Both the position numbers and the translations under genes were made by a program. Shown here in pieces: positions 61,551 through 63,714 of a stretch of 63,714 bases of DNA. The DNA lies in assembly GCF_001194135.2 (NCBI RefSeq), contig NC_069001.1, forward strand, positions 23,249,828 to 23,313,541, read 5' to 3'. A model generated the notes under the pieces. It did no database searches, was not told the DNA's origin, and worked only from the letters and a program-made list of their open reading frames with translations. Each line of letters starts with the position of its first letter. Position 1 is the first letter of the stretch. Source of the DNA: Octopus bimaculoides. Its lineage: Eukaryota.

Positions 61551-62273
61551 AGAAGAGGAAAACAAAATCAAGTGAAGACAAGCTTATCAATTCATTTAAA
61601 TTATTTTAATGGTGAATTGAAGTGAGCAAAAGTAAATACTAGTGTCTTACAGCCCTTTCTCGGATATCCCCTACCTTGTTGAATGATAATGCCAGCCTTA
61701 ATGGAATCTATTATCTATCTATTTATCTACTTCTTTTATTTAATTTTTATTTTTATTTACAAACCCCCCTTTCACTCAGCCCTACCTGTCTATTATAAAG
61801 CCTTAGTGTATCTAACTGCCTTTCTCACAAGTTGTAAACTCCTGCTGATCTCTTGGCTCATCTCCTATTTTCCACTTGAACATCAAACTGCTAGATCTCT
61901 TTTCTCAACCCGCTTTCTGAAATATGGACTTGCCAAGGAATATATTTAAACACCTTCACGGAAATATGGTTAAACCCCCATACCGTCCAGAACACCATGA
62001 ATTATGAGCCTTGAACTTCATTCCTTGCTACACATTTCTCTACATAACATTTCCTATCTACATCTCCACATAATAGTTTTTTACATATACATCTTGTCTC
62101 CAATGACGGAATACCCAGTACATTGAAATGTGGATCAATACATTGATCCATTACCCAGGATATCCCAGAAACAGCTGCAAGACACTATTATTTACTTTTG
62201 CTTACCTCGATTACCCATTAAAATAATTTAAATGAATGGATAAGCTTGTCCTACCTTGATTTTATTTTCTTCT
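61551..62273. mobile_element. MITE-like element with about 118-bp imperfect TIRs
   Basis: 61551-61669 is the reverse complement of 62158-62273 (shared GACAAGCTTATC.ATTCATTTAAATTATTTTAATGG and AGCAAAAGTAAATA.TAGTGTCTT). Confidence 0.75.
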
Positions 62274-62344
62274 TCTTGATGTATATATTATTAATTATTA
62301 ATTTATTAATAAATTGATAATCCTTTACCCTTTTAATTGTAATA

Positions 62345-62560
62345 ATTAATTATTCACTCCCGGATAGTAAACCACAGATTTTCTGCGGTACCGCCTGCGA
62401 CGCACATGGTAATCCGTGAGGGAAGATGATGGGCTGGCTCACCTATGTGGATTTGGAGATACTTTCAAAATGTGTCGACTGCAATGATGGCGCTAGATCA
62501 TGCATGCACATTTGCCAGTATTGTCGAATTTACAACAGGAATATCATACCGATGAGGTAA
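62345..62560. promoter_or_regulatory. CpG-enriched non-repeat patch, possible promoter or first exon
   Basis: 10 CpG in about 215 nt within CpG-poor surroundings; YY1-like ATGATGGCG; donor-like sites on both strands. Confidence 0.25.
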
Positions 62561-63156
62561 TGAAGAGTTTTTATTCTTTTAAACCAGAAACATGTCTATG
62601 ANNNNNNNNNNNNNNNNNNNNNNNNNNNNNNNNNNNNNNNNNNNNNNNNNNNNNNNNNNNNNNNNNNNNNNNNNNNNNNNNNNNNNNNNNNNNNNNNNNN
62701 NNNNNNNNNNNNNNNNNNNNNNNNNNNNNNNNNNNNNNNNNNNNNNNNNNNNNNNNNNNNNNNNNNNNNNNNNNNNNNNNNNNNNNNNNNNNNNNNNNNN
62801 NNNNNNNNNNNNNNNNNNNNNNNNNNNNNNNNNNNNNNNNNNNNNNNNNNNNNNNNNNNNNNNNNNNNNNNNNNNNNNNNNNNNNNNNNNNNNNNNNNNN
62901 NNNNNNNNNNNNNNNNNNNNNNNNNNNNNNNNNNNNNNNNNNNNNNNNNNNNNNNNNNNNNNNNNNNNNNNNNNNNNNNNNNNNNNNNNNNNNNNNNNNN
63001 NNNNNNNNNNNNNNNNNNNNNNNNNNNNNNNNNNNNNNNNNNNNNNNNNNNNNNNNNNNNNNNNNNNNNNNNNNNNNNNNNNNNNNNNNNNNNNNNNNNN
63101 NNNNNNNNNNNNNNNNNNNNNNNNNNNNNNNNNNNNNNNNNNNNNNNNNNNNNNNN

Positions 63157-63192
<36 letters not shown>

Positions 63193-63714
63193 CTGAAATA
63201 CTCCATTTAGTGGAGTTGTATATCAATATATTAACAGTCACTAATTCATATCCTATCTTCAGCTTTTATAAGGGCCTTCTCTACTACATTTATTCATAAA
63301 CTGGTTGCAGCTATAGCGCAATATTCATGAGGGATTCTGTATAGACAGTGGCTTCAGCAATAGAAACTATGCAAAAAAGGAATGTATAAGTGAGAAATTG
63401 TTCGTAACATATCTACACAGGCATCAACTCCAAATAAGAACTGATTTACATAAGAGCAAATCCATCTCAGCCATTCTAGCATGGAAAGCAAGGGTAAAAT
63501 AATGAGGAGGTTGGAAATAAAGGTAAACCATAGAGCAAGATTTTATGAGTTTGACGTTGTGCTTATCCCCTTCTTGCTCTCTATCTATCCATCTGAAACT
63601 AAGCAGATACATTTCTTTTATTAGCCACACAGGGCTCAACGAAGATGGGACAAATACAATGTAGAGCTTTTCTTTTTGGGAGGGGGAAGGAAGGAAAAAA
63701 AAAAAAAAAAAAAA

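Overview
AT-rich, microsatellite-laden eukaryotic DNA. The SINE/LINE repertoire suggests a cephalopod, most likely Octopus (inference). Sixteen N-gaps total about 4.3 kb, mostly beside (TA)n runs. No rRNA, intact tRNA, CRISPR array or intact long ORF is present, and most of the supplied ORF track is microsatellite translation. The window is dominated by transposon relics: >20 copies of a tRNA-headed CORE-like SINE, Nin/Deu-domain SINEs (two with perfect 17-18 bp TSDs), a V-domain-like SINE, RTE LINE fragments (one type with a PHD finger inside the RT region), four Penelope-like (RT/GIY-YIG) relics, a Chapaev3-like element with both ends, a deleted mariner, hAT pieces, a Helitron helicase relic and several long fold-back elements. 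A chain of short, phase-compatible plus-strand exon candidates (10.1-44.3 kb) suggests an unidentified host gene, at low to moderate confidence. The most notable signal is minimal type I hammerhead-ribozyme-like motifs in four different short non-coding repeat families. One family keeps a palindromic stem III of three different sequences plus a non-canonical 8-nt core, one has a canonical core in the loop of a fold-back, and one sits behind a tRNA-like Pol III head. Together these suggest a retrozyme-like system possibly mobilised by Penelope-like elements. Motifs were parsed by eye; no folding, search or activity data support them yet.
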